Positions 12,610-24,562 of a stretch of 64,000 nucleotides of DNA are shown here, piece by piece. Source of the DNA: Mobula birostris (Eukaryota). A model generated the notes under the pieces. The model was not told the DNA's origin. It was given only the letters and a program-made list of their open reading frames with translations, and ran no database searches. The position numbers and the translations under genes are program-made. Each line of letters starts with the position of its first letter. Position 1 is the stretch's first letter. The stretch is from NCBI RefSeq assembly GCF_030028105.1, contig NC_092399.1, forward strand, positions 32,508,881 to 32,572,880. Reading direction: 5' to 3'.

Positions 12610-14345
12610 GTTCTGTCGTTGGCAAATTTATAGATGGTGCTTGATCTGTGCCTCGCCACACAATCGTGGGTATAGAGATTAGGACAGTGGGCTAAGCACG
12701 CATCCTTGAGGTACACCAATGTTGATTTTTAGCGAGGAGATGTTATTTTGGATCTGCACATACAGTGGTCTCCCAGTGAGCAAGCCAAAGATTCATTTGT
12801 AGAGGGAGGTACAGAGGCCCAGGTTTTGGAGCTTGTTGGTTAGAATTGAGGATGTGTTCAACGCTGAGCTGTAGTCAATGAACAGCAGCCTGACTTAGGT
12901 TACTGCAATTGTCCGGGTGATCCAAGGCCGAGTGGAGAGTCAGTGAAATTGCATTCGTTGTAAACCTATTAAGACACATCTGGATAGCAGTAACAGGATT
13001 GGATTTATGAAGGGGAAATGGTGCTTGACTAATCTTCTGGAATTTTTTGAGGATGTAACTACAAAAATGGACAAGGGAGAGCCAGTGGATGTGGTGTACC
13101 TGGACTTTCAGAAAGCCTTTGATAGAGTCCCACATAGGAGATTAGTGGGTAAAATTAGGGCACATGGTATTGGGGGCAGAGTACTGACATGGATTGAAAA
13201 TTGGCTGGCTGACAGAAAACAAACAGTAGCGATTAATGGGTCCCTTTCGGAATGGCAGGCGGTGACCAGTGGGGTACCACAGGGTTCAGTGCTGGGACCG
13301 CAGCTGTTTACAATATATATTAATGATTTAGATAAGGGAATTAAAAGTAACATTAGCAAATTTGCCAATGACACAAAGCTGGGTGGCAGTGTGAAATGTG
13401 AGGAGGATGTTATGAGAATGCAGGGTGACTTGGACAGGCTGGGTGAGTGGGCAGGTGCAGTTTAATGTGGATAAATGTGAGGTTATCCACTTTGCTGGTA
13501 AGAACAGGAAGGCAGATTATTATCTAAATGGTGTCAAGTTAGGAAAAGGGGAAGCACAACAAGATCTAGGTGTTCTTGTACATCAGTCACTGAAAGCAAG
13601 TATGCAAGTACAGCAGGCAGTGAAGAAAGCTAATGGCATGCTGGCCTTCATAACAAGGGGAATTGAGTACAAGAGCAAAGAGGTCCTTCTGCAGCTGTAC
13701 AGGGCCCTGGTGAGACCATACCCGGAGTACTGTGTGCAGTTTTGGTCTCCAAATTTGAGGAAGGATATTCTTGCTATTGAGGGAGTGCAGCGTAGGTTCA
13801 CAAGGTTAATTCCCGGGATGGCGGGACTGTCATATGTCGAAAGATTGGAGCGACTGGGCTTGTATACTCTGGAATTTAGAAGGCTGAGAGGGGATCTTAT
13901 TGAAACATATAAGATTATTAAGGGATTGGACACGCTGCAGGCAGGAAGCATGTTCCCACTGATGGGTGAGTCCAGAACCAGAGGCCACAGTTTAAGAATA
14001 AGGGGTAGGCCATTTATAATGGAGTTGAGGAAAAACTTCTTCACCCAGAGAGTGGTGGATATATGGAATTCTCTGCCCCAGAAGGCTGTGGAGGCCAAGT
14101 CTCTGGATGCTTTCAAGAAAGAGATGGATAGAGCTCTTAAAGATAGCGGAATCAAAGGTTATGGGGATAAAGCAGGAACTGGATACTGATTGTGGATGAT
14201 CAGCCATGATCACAGTGATGGCAGAGCTGGCTCGAAGGGCCGAATGGCCTACTCCTGCACCTATTGTCTATTATGGCAACAGGAAAATTGAAAATGGCCC
14301 AGGTCCTTGCTTAGGCAGGAGTTGATTCTAGCCATGACCAACCCA
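12610..14345 (-). mobile_element. Rex1/Babar-like RT fragment interrupted by the CR1 at 12970-14272
   Basis: Reverse frames give LTLHSALDHPDNCSN and related Rex1 RT motifs; the sequence resumes after the CR1 tail. Confidence 0.7.
12970..14272 (+). mobile_element. CR1 LINE, 5'-truncated RT domain plus 3' UTR, frameshifted
   Basis: ORFs 13007-13465 (VYLDFQKAFD, GVPQGSVLGP, KFANDTKL) and 13425-14189; same tail as 718-1526. Confidence 0.95.
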
Positions 14346-14639
14346 CACTTATTGAAGAGACCTGATGGCATGAACATCAATTCCTCGAACTTCCGGTAAT
14401 CCCCCTCCCCCGTTACCATTTCCCATCTTCTTTTCCCTTGGAAATCTGGAGATGCTGGAAATCTGAACAACATACCCTGCTGAAGGATTTCACTGTACTC
14501 TTTACCTAGATGCTGTTCGGCCTGCTGAGTTCCCCCATCATTTTGTGTGTATTGTCACATTAATCCAGTAAAGTTTACAGTGAGAGATGCTGCCCTGCAA
14601 TCTAGCTCTGTATAACACTGGGATTTCTGCCAGGGTTCC

Positions 14640-15070
14640 TTTGGGGGGAGGGGGGTCCGGATAAAGCACCACTGGGTGAGCGAGGCACTGGTCAGCCAGT
14701 TGGGCTGAGGAGAGGATGGCCACAGTCGGCCCTCCCGGCTGCAGTACTCCCTTCGCTCGCACGGCGGCGCAGCTACCCCGCCGGAAGGGAAGGGGCCGTG
14801 ACCAACGAGTCGGGCCTGCTGCTGCTGGCCGATGAACCGAAGCGTTAGTCATACTTTATTGATCCCGGGGTAAATTGGTTGGTGAAACACCGGTAAGTTC
14901 AGGTACGGCAGGGTGATCTGGTGTTTGTTGCTCGGGGTGCACCGCCATGACAGGCCTCTCAGTCTCGGGTTGAGGGATTCCAGTCACCGCCTTCGCGGTT
15001 AAACCTTCCCCGGTAGTTGAGAAACTAAATCCTGAGAGGTTTATCATTACCACTGCGGTGTGGTAAAAAG
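14640..15070 (+). promoter_or_regulatory. LSM10: CpG-island promoter and non-coding exon 1 of LSM10 (donor CG|gtaagt at 14892/14893)
   Basis: Locally GC- and CpG-rich unique sequence, ETS-like ccggaag at 14781 and a consensus splice donor, about 2.5 kb upstream of the LSM10 acceptor. TSS not determinable. Confidence 0.75.
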
Positions 15071-15544
15071 TACCGTAATTAACTATGCGTTTGTATCGTA
15101 TTTTCTACAACGTACATTTCAGAAATTAACCTTTGTGAACTGAAAACAAAATATTGAGGCGCAAACTGTTTCTGAATGGTAGGGATGGAGAAGTTGGCAG
15201 ACCCGTGGATCAAATGAGTCAGCATGAGATTGCAGAAGTTACCTCATTTCTACATGCCATGTTGTTGAGCAGCAAGCTAATATATTAGATGAGATGTTGG
15301 CAGTACATTTATGTAGGCTTTGATAACAAAAGTCCACATAAACAATTAAATTCAGTGTATTATCACTCAGCTGTACACATGAATACTGCCAAACAAAGGT
15401 GCACAATACAGTACATTTAACTCACACACAACACATAAAGTAATATTGCCACAAATATATTAACAAATGAAAAGTGCATTTTCAATAAAAAGTTTAAAAA
15501 GTAAACGGTATGTTGCAATTTACCTTGATGCTACACTAGTAAAC

Positions 15545-16770
15545 CAGAGACCTGAAATCAGAATCAGGTTTATTTTCACAGACATATGTCATGAAATTTG
15601 TTGTTCTGTGGCAGCAGTACAGTGCAATTCACAAAAAATACTATAAATTACACAAGAAAATATAAAAAGTTAAATAATGCAAAAGGAGAGCAAAATACCG
15701 TGGTGGTTCATGGGTTCAGAAATCTGATGGTGGAGGGGAAGAAACTTTTTCTAGAATGTTGAGTGTGTGTTGAGGCTATCGTACCTCCTCTTTGACACAG
15801 CATTGAGAAGGGGGGGCTGTCCTGGTAGTGACAGTTCTTCATCTTGAGATTCAGCCTTTTGAAGGTGTTCTTGATGGTGGGGAGTCTAGTGCCTATGATG
15901 GAGCTGGTTGAGTTTACAATCCTGTACAGCCTGGATAAACATCAAAGACAATTTCAAATTGTTGCCCCCCCCCATGTTTATCTCTGATGAGATAGAGCTT
16001 TTGTTACGACAAGGCCCTGCCCCAAGCCTTTTGTCAAGAACAGTGCTTCCCACCTTGCAGTCAACCTCCAGTAAGATCAAGGAATTGATTGTGGGCTTGT
16101 GGAGGGGGAAGTTGAAGGAGCACCCACCAGTCCTCATTAAAGGATCAACAGTGAGCAGTTTCAAATTCCTGGGTGTCAACATCTCTGAAGATTAATCCTG
16201 GGCTGATCATATTGATGCAGTTACAAAGAAGGCACAATAGTGGCTATATTTCATCAAGAGTTTGAGGAGACTTGGTATGTCACTGAAGACTCTTGCCGAT
16301 GTCTACAGATGGACCATGGAGAGCATTCCAATGGGTTGCATCAATGTCTGGTATGGAGGGGGCACTATCAGAAAAAGACTGCACAAAGTTCCAAGCTCAG
16401 CCAGCATCGATGATGTCTTCACAAGGTGATGCCTCAATAAGGTGGCTTCTGTCATTGAGGACCCCCATCACCCGGGACACACGCTCTTCTCATTGTACCG
16501 TCAAGAAGGAAGCACACAAGCCTGAAGACAGACACTCAATGTTTAGGAACAGCTTCTCCTCTTTAATCAGATATCTGAATGGACAATGAATCCATGTACA
16601 TTACCTCACTTTTTTTTCTATTTATTGCTCTCTATTCACACTACTAATTTATATATTTGTTTTCTTAGTGTAATTTATAGATATTTTAAATTATGTGTTG
16701 CAATGTACTGCTGCCACAATACAACATATTTCATGACATACACCAGTGATGTTAAACCTGATTCCATTTC
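15545..16770. mobile_element. Rex1-like 3' fragments in both orientations within the LSM10 intron
   Basis: KIKELIVGLWRGK...VSSFKFLGVNISED on +; tails gttaaacctgattc (+) and gaatcaggtttatt (-). Confidence 0.7.
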
Positions 16771-16852
16771 TGGTGGCTGAGTTGAAGAAGCTGTTCCCCT
16801 GCGCCATCAGGAGATGCTTTTGAAGCGGATGATTGCAGCACTGCAAAGAAGA

Positions 16853-17080
16853 GAAAACCTGCAGATGCTGTAAATCCAAGCAACACACACAAAATGCTGG
16901 AGGAACTCAGCAGGCCAGGCAGTGTCTATGGGAAGAAAGTACAGTTGATGTTTCGGCCCGAAACAAAGAGATTTTCTCTTGTTTGTGTGGAAGCGTTTCA
17001 GCCCAAAACATCAACCGTACTTTTTTCCACAGATGCTGCCTGGCCTGCAGAGTTCCTCCAGCATTTTGTGTGTGGCTGCA
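16853..17080. repeat. Penelope-derived palindromic (fold-back) element
   Basis: About 90-bp inverted arms (cacacaaaatgctggaggaactc.../...gagttcctccagcattttgtgtg) related to the Penelope termini near 25070-25155. Confidence 0.8.
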
Positions 17081-17534
17081 ACATTGATTGTGGCATTTCG
17101 CCTTGCTTCTGCACAAGGCAGAGGATTTTCAAGCCCATTGATTTCAGTAAGAAGTGTAGGGTTCTGAAAAAGGGTTTTGATTTAAAATGCTGATTCTGTT
17201 TCTTTTTACCCAGGTGCTGCATGACCCAATGGATGTGTCTAGTATTTTCTTATTTTATTTCTGATTTCAGCATCTGCAGTTTTTTTGATTTCCACTAACT
17301 CTCTGAAGTGACCTATGAAGAACAATGTCTGGAGCTACCACTGCCTGTCTGTCAATCCTTATCAGGAGGCAATGATACTAGCTCCTTGTCTCTAGTTGTT
17401 ACCTACCAGCTCTGTTTATAATTAATGATCTACCTGTATTTTCCTTTCAGATTCTAATGTAGCTGTATCACAGAAATCTGGTTGTTGAACTTGATCTTTG
17501 ACCTTCCTTAAGCTGATTGTATCAAGTGGGTATC

Positions 17535-17900
17535 ATGTCGATAAGCCACTCCATTAAAGAGCGAACAATCGCAGAGAACAGCCTCATCATCCTTCTCCAG
17601 GGGATACATGGCCACGTTACGACAGTGGAGCTGAGAGATGAGAGCTCTGTGAGAGGACGGATCATTAATGTTGATGCATTTATGAATATCCGTCTTTCTG
17701 AGGTGTTGTACACTGACAGGGGAGGCAGGAGCTCGAAACTGGATGACTTCTTCGTCACGGGCAGAAACGTACGTTACGTTCACATTCCGGATAAGATCAA
17801 CATCACTGACACCATTAATAGTCAACTGCAGAAGATTCACCAGGTGCGGAATTTTGGTGGGAAAGATCGAGGAAGAAAGGAATTTCCATCAAGAAAATAA
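17535..17900 (+). CDS. LSM10: U7 snRNA-associated Sm-like protein LSm10 (121 aa, single coding exon; acceptor at 17450/17451)
   Basis: [23 protein letters not shown]...[10 protein letters not shown]...[14 protein letters not shown] matches LSM10; ttcctttcag acceptor upstream; synteny with OSCP1. Confidence 0.98.
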   Translation: MSISHSIKERTIAENSLIILLQGIHGHVTTVELRDESSVRGRIINVDAFMNIRLSEVLYTDRGGRSSKLDDFFVTGRNVRYVHIPDKINITDTINSQLQKIHQVRNFGGKDRGRKEFPSRK

Positions 17901-18819
17901 TTGTGTGCTGATCACAGAGAGGCAGAGTTCGGTTTCGAGGGATGAGGGCTGGCTCATGCACAGAGAGGGGTCGAGTGCTGCTGTGATCAGGGGTGTTTGA
18001 GCTGTATCAGGGTGGAAAAAGCAAGACTAAGTGATGTGTGGCAGAGGGAAAGGTGCTGACTGAATGGACGCAGTTAGTGGAAAAATGTTTGGTATGTTGT
18101 GACATTGATGAGGAGACTCGCACTTCTGAACTGATTCAGTGTGGCTGATTCTTCATGCATCTGAAAAGTCAGTGAAAATTCCGTGCTACAGTGCGTGAGT
18201 ATGTTGCATTGCTGAATCTGCCCTCTTCTGATGTATTGAATGACATTGCCAATGGAGTTCTATAGTTCATGTAGACACTACTGGAACTGGTGTTCTGAAT
18301 AACAGTTACGGCCATCAGTACCAAAAACATCATTCACTCTGGGATAGTGTATTGTGGAGAATTCCTGCTGCATTGATACCATTCCAAAAGATTTCATTCT
18401 GCATGAAATATTTTTGGATATCTCTGTGAGATGTGCCTTGTTTGTTAGTCTTTTCTTATGTATAGTTTAGTAAATTTTATTGCGTTTCTTCATTTTTCCT
18501 AAAATGCCTGCAAGAAAATGAACCTCAAGATAGTATATGATAACGTATACTTTAATAATAAATTTACTTTGAACCTTTGAAATATAAATGAATATCCTTT
18601 CTTTCATATTGACAGGTGTTTCTGTATTAATTCCCAGTAAGTAATTGAAACTTGAGAAAAGTTGGTCAGTGCTGTCATCCAGGCAGTTTCTGTCTCTATT
18701 GCACTTGCTCGAGTAAGCGGGGTTCTTTGTGCATGTCACTTTATTCACTGGCAAGAGCATGTGGCAGTGACAAATACAAGGATCAAATGCTTTCTGTATT
18801 CTCAACCATCTGTGTTCAT

Positions 18820-19220
18820 AGAAATAGAACATTACCACACAGTACAGGACATTCTGCCCATGACGTTGTGCCAACCTTTTAACCGACCCTAAGATAAATC
18901 TAAACCTTCCCTCCTATATAACTCTGTTAATTATCCAGTTATTTGGCTATTGCTGAATAGGTGGGTTGCTGAGCAGTGTGCCTCATTGGGCTGGAAAGGT
19001 CTGTATCTCAAAATAAAATAACCCTCCATTTTTCTGTCAAACATGTGCATATGTAGGAGTTTCTTAAATGCCCCTAATGTAGCTGCCTTTCCCACCGAAC
19101 CTGGCAGGGCGTTCCATGCACCCACTACTCTCTGTAAAGAACTTAAGTCTGGCATTCTCCCTATCATTTCCTCAAATCACCTTAAAGTTATGCCCCCTTG
19201 TATTAGCCATTTCCGCCTTG
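18820..19220 (-). mobile_element. CR1 3' fragment with a SINE-tail insertion
   Basis: ORF 18931-19167 QRVVGAWNALPGSVGKAATLGAFKKLL; reverse CR1 tail atagaaatagaacatt. Confidence 0.75.
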
Positions 19221-19240
19221 TTCAATGGAACACTGACGTA

Positions 19241-20795
19241 CACGCAGTGGCCACTTTATTAGGTACAGCTGCTTGTTAACACAAATAGCTAATCAGCCAA
19301 TCACGTGGCAGCAACTCACTACGTAAAAGCATATAAACGTCATCAAGAGGTTCAGTTGGAGGGATTTGCCAGTTGGCGCTTGGAACTGATTGAGGGTTGC
19401 TGACATCGTAGAAGACAGTTGCGGGCAGGAAGAGGGTGGGTAAAGATGTCAGGAAGTGACAGAGGACAGGTAGTGTAGTAGGAGTAAAAAGTCATGTATT
19501 AGATGTGGTGGAAAACATGATTGTGGTAATGTGGAGAAGGCATTAGGCAAAAATGTAGCAATTATGTAGGGGAATATAACTTTGCTTATGCAATGTGTCC
19601 TGTAGATAAGGAAACTGGAAAAGCAGTGTGGGTGAAAATGAGTATATCAGAAAGTACAGAAAACTGTGTCAATGGCACCAGGATACAGATAGATTAAAGT
19701 TAGTGTAAAGAATTAGTTGATTGTTAACAACCTAAAATTTGTTACTGTCATGGTAGATGGGGTAAATTGTACAGTACAAACTAAAAGTAGGACAAAAAAA
19801 TAAAATTATGTTAAAAGCTGCAGAAAAGCATCTAGAGATAAAAGACAACTGCAGAAGTTATTAATGATTGCCTTCCAAGGAGGAGTAAATAATTGCAATT
19901 CAAAGGAGGGTTGATAATGGTCTTTCTAATCTTACAACGGAATGATAGAAGTTTGTTAGCTAATGGTCAAGAATTTAAGAAATTTGTTGAAGATTTACTA
20001 AATAAACCTGATGTTATATGTTTATAAGAAACCTCATTGAAATCTTGTCTAAGTTTTAAGAAACAAGGTTACGTGATCAGAAAATGGTAATGGAGGAGAT
20101 GTGGTTACCTTTATCAAAAATGGGATAGTACATAGAGTTTTGGAAATTGGAGATGTTTATGAGTTATTTGTGGTTGGAATTTGGGGATAATTTTTGAAAG
20201 GTTAACACCAGATATCTTTTGGGTGGGAATGGGAAAAATGAGGTCAGGTGGAGTGGGGATTTCAATGCTGGTAGTAGTATGTGGATTTGTAGTGACATAC
20301 ATGTAAATAGGATGATGGTGGAAGACTTTCTGGTGTTTAGTCTGCTGGAATAATGCTCAGTAGGAGGCGGTAATGCATCTTATTTTGGTCTGCCAACCAC
20401 CATTTAAAAATTACTAGAAGAAGAAAATGAGTTTTGGTGGTTGTTCAAACCAAACATCAGAATAGGGAAGAAAGGTGATCCAAGTGACCTTGATGGTGGA
20501 ATGATCGTTGCTGTCACACGGAGTGATTTGTGTATCTCAGACTGCTGGTCTCCTGGCATTTTCACATGCAACAGTCTTCTAGGGTTTACAGAGAAGGGTG
20601 CAAAACAAAAAGAATCCAGTGTGCAGCAGCTTGGTGAGTGATAACGCCTTCTTAATGAGAGAGGTCAGAGGAGAATGGCCAGACCGGTTCAAGCTGACTG
20701 GAATGAGACAGTAACTCAAATAACCACGTGTTACTACAGCAGCAGAAGACTACATTGGGTTCCCCCCTTGTATCTAACAAATTGGCTACTGAGTG
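19241..20795 (+). mobile_element. Non-autonomous Tc1-like element interrupted by a 1.1-kb insert
   Basis: TA-flanked TIRs cacgcagtggccactttattaggtac and gtatctaacaaattggctactgagtg; N-terminal Tc1 remnant GKKGDPSDLDGGMIVA. Confidence 0.8.
19359..20440 (+). mobile_element. Old I/Nimb-clade LINE fragment (ORF1 end plus APE start)
   Basis: About 19960-20060 reads ANGQEFKKFVEDLLNKPDVICL*ET, resembling I/Nimb endonuclease N-termini; Cys-rich remnants upstream. Confidence 0.55.
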
Positions 20796-21319
20796 TATAT
20801 AGCTTGCACTTACTGTAGTGTTGTGCCTACCCTCCATTAAAATCACACCCGTGCAGACACATTTCAGTGTTATAAAGGTGAATTATGTGAATAAACTTCA
20901 CCTTAATTTCACTGTTTCAGATTGCTCCCAATACCTCCTCTACAACATAAAATGTCCTGGCAAGAGCCCATTTGCGGCAAGACAGCACCTCATGTTTGTT
21001 ACATGCAAGATTTTCATTCCTCTACCGTATGTTCTGAAATCCTGTTACAGGTCCTGAAAATTCCACAGTCATTGCAGCTCCATACTAAAAACTCGCAGTC
21101 GTTTTCTCTTCTGAATAGAATGATCACACTGATCCCTCAATCAGAGAACACAGAGTGGTAGGTGCTGATTCCAGGCATTTACCAATCTGTGTAAAGAAAA
21201 CCTTATGCAGAAGCACCTTTAAACTTTCTCCTTCTCACCTGAAGCTCCACCATTGACGACCCCAAGCCTGGCTGTGAAAGGAGGAGGATTGGGCAAACAG
21301 CTAGCAACCCCATCCCTTT

Positions 21320-24300
21320 TAATCAGAATCAGGTTTAATATCACCGGCATATGTCGTGAAATTTGTTAACTTAGCAGCAGCAGTACACTGCTAATATCAG
21401 GGAAGAATAAGTAAATCAATTACAGTAAGTGCATGTACTGTATATGTGTGTGTGTATGTATATGTATATACATTATATATTGGTGCAATAACAAATAATA
21501 AAAGTGAGGTAGTGTTCATGGGTTCAGTGTCCATTTGGCAAGAGGGGAAGAAGCTGTTCTTAAATTGCTGAATGTGTGCTTTCAGGCTTCTGTATCTCCT
21601 TCCTGAATGAGAAAAGGGCATGTCCTGGGTGATGGGGGTCCTTATTGATGGACAATGTCTTTCTGAGGCACCGCTCCTTGAAGAAATCTTGGATACTATG
21701 GAGGCTAGTACCCAAGATGGAGCTGACTAATTTTACAACTTTCTGTAGCTTCTTTTGATCCTCCAGACAGTGATGCAGCCTGTCAGAATGCTTTCCACAG
21801 TACATCTGTAGAGTGTCTTAGGTGATGAACCAAATCTCCTCAAAATCCTAATTCTTGCCTTTTTTACAGCTGTATCAATATGTTAGGACCAGGTCTGGTC
21901 CTCAGAGATCTTGACACCCAGGAACTTGAAATTGCTCACTCTCTCCACTTCTGATCCCTCTATGAGGATTGGTTCTACCCTTTCTAAAGTACACAATCAG
22001 CTCTTTGGTCTTACTGACGATGAGTGCGAGGCTGTTGCTGCAACACCACTCAACTGGCTGGTATATCTCGCTCCTGTACGCCCTCTCATCTCCATCTGAG
22101 ATTCTGCCATCAATAGCTGTATTGTCAACAAATTTATTGATCGCATTTGAGCTATGCCTAGCCACATAGTCGTGGGTATAGAGAGCGTAGAGCAGTGGTC
22201 TAAGCACACACCCCTGACGTGCACCAGTGTTGATCGTTTAGTGAGGAGGATATGTTATCACCAATTCACACAGATTGTGGCCTTCTGGTTAGGAAGTCGA
22301 GGATCCAATTGCAGAGGGATGTATGGAGACCCAGGTTCAGTAGCTTATTGATTGGGACTGTAGGATTGATTGATGGTGTTAAACGCTGAGCTATAGTCAA
22401 CGAACAGCATCTTGACATAGGTGTTAGTATTGTCCAGGTTATTTAAGGCCGTGTGAAGACTCATTGATTTTGTGTCTGCCATAGACCTATTGTGATGATA
22501 GGCAAATTGCAGTGGGTCCAGTTTCTTGTTGGGCAGGGGTTGATTCTGACTATGACCAACTTCTCAAAGTATTTTATCACCATAGATGTAAGTGCTACTG
22601 GACAATAGTCATAAAAGGCAGTTCGCACGACTCTTCTTGGGCACTGGTAAGTTGTTGCCCTTTTGAAGCAGGTGGGAACTTCTGACTGTAGCAATGAGAG
22701 GTTTAAAATGTCCTTGAATACACCCACCTGTTGGTTGGCACAAGTTTTCTGAGCCTTACCAGGTACTCCATCTGGGCCTGCCACCTTACGACAGACAACC
22801 TGATGTCAGCCTCCAAGGCAGAGATCACAGGGTCACTGGGTGCAGCAGGGATCTTCACAGCTGTAGTTAAATTCTCCATTTCAACGTGGACATAGAAGAC
22901 ATTGAGCTTGGCTGGTAGTGAAACATCACTGTCATTCATGCTATTGGGTTTTGCTTTGTAAGAAGTAATGTCCTGCAAACCCTTCCAGAGTTGACATGCA
23001 TCCAGTGTTGCCTCCAACCTCGCTAGGAATTGCTTCTTCACTCTTGAAATAGAGCTCCACAAGTCACACCTGGTTTTCTGGTACAGGCCTGTGTCACCAG
23101 ACTTGAATGCCACAGATCTAGCCCTCAGCAGACGATAAACCTCCGGGTTCATCCACGGCTTTTAGTTTGGGAATGTACAAGTTTTCATAGGCAGATACAC
23201 ATCACACAGGTTTTAATGAAGTCGATAACAACTGTGGCATACTCATCCAGATTCAAAGATGAATCCCTGAATACAGTTCAGTCCACTGATTCAAAGCAGT
23301 CCTACAAGCGCTCCTGTGGTTCCCTTGTCCATTTCTTCTTGGTCCTCACTATTGGTGTTGCAGTCTTCAGTCTCTGCCTATAATCAGGGAGTAGAAGTAC
23401 AGCCAGGTGATCAGACTTCCAGAAGTGAGTGTGGAATAGCACCGTAGGCATTCTTGATCTTAGTGTAACAGTGGTCCAGTGTGATGTTTCCTCTGGTACA
23501 AGTGATTTGTTGATGATAAATGTTTAACATAGAAACATAGAAAACCCTATAGCACAATACAGGCCCTTCAGCCCACAATGCTGTGTCGAACACGTACTTT
23601 AGAAATTACCAACGGTTACCCATAGCCCTCTATTTTTCTAAGCTCTTAAAAGATCCTATTGTATCTGCCTCCACCACCGTCGCCGGCAGCGCATTCCCAT
23701 TCGTGACCTTTTTCAAGACGACCTGGTTAAAATCCCCCAAAATGATGGCGAAGGCGTCAGGGTGCGTTGTTTCGTGCACGTTGATCACATCGCTCAGATC
23801 TAGAGCCTGTTGGATGCCGGCTTGAGGTGGAATGCCGCTATCAGAAAGATGACTGAAATCTCCACGGCAGGTAAAACGGACGGCACTTAATTGCCAGATG
23901 TTCCAGGTCTGGTGAACAAAATTGGGACGTCGCCGACACATTGGTCCACCACGAGGAGTTGGTCGTGCGCTTTGAGAGACTCGACAGTCCTATCGTGAGT
24001 GTCTAGTGAGTTGCGTCCCGTACCGAAGGGGTTAACCGGGATTCTGTCAAGCGGAGGACGCTGCCCTAGTGTCATATGCAGCACCCTAGTCGTTTTTATT
24101 TAGCAGCGGCTGTACGACGGTTTGCCTGCAAGATAGTCAGTAACGCTAGTCGAAAGCCTCGGTTTTTAAAACGCACGCAGCCCCGTTTCCGACGAGGTGT
24201 TCGAGCGAGGATCTCACCGCCCACAGTCCTATTCCCGTCAGCGATTCCCATTCAATCGCCTTAAAACATCTTTATTAACTGTCAGATCTCAATGCAGTTG

Positions 24301-24470
24301 TGACTCTCGGCTGAAAAGCGAATATTTAATCGCATCCATTGCTCCGCCACGAACTCCCCTTTTTGAAGGCGCCCCGGAAGGAAAAACGGAAGTTGCAAAA
24401 ACCCAGAATTACAGTACAGAAACATCAACAGAAGCTTCAAGGAATCTTCGTCTGGAAAACACCTAAGGGT
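21320..24470 (-). mobile_element. Near full-length degraded Rex1/Babar LINE (APE + RT)
   Basis: Reverse ORFs: HPDAFAIILGDFNQ and TLDHCYT (APE); AGPDGVPG, DYCPVALTS, LRPLLYALYTHD, KFVDNT (RT); tail cctgattctgatt. Confidence 0.92.
23527..23700 (-). mobile_element. CR1 3' tail inserted in the Rex1 endonuclease region
   Basis: aacatagaaacatagaaa tail; encodes NALPATVVEADTIGSFK in reverse. Confidence 0.8.
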
Positions 24471-24562
24471 AACTTGCATAACTGGCCCAGGGAGAGAGAG
24501 GACTCTGGCGAGCTGCTGTCAGTGGCCTATGCCCCAGCAGGGGTGATGGGTTTAACTAAATC

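Noticed and set aside
13583-14155. Long antisense ORFs (also 900-1295 and 39140-39865)
   Set aside because: Shadow frames opposite retrotransposon RT sequence.
17517-17534. N-terminal extension of LSM10 in the ORF track
   Set aside because: It starts at TTG; the ATG at 17535 matches the orthologous start.
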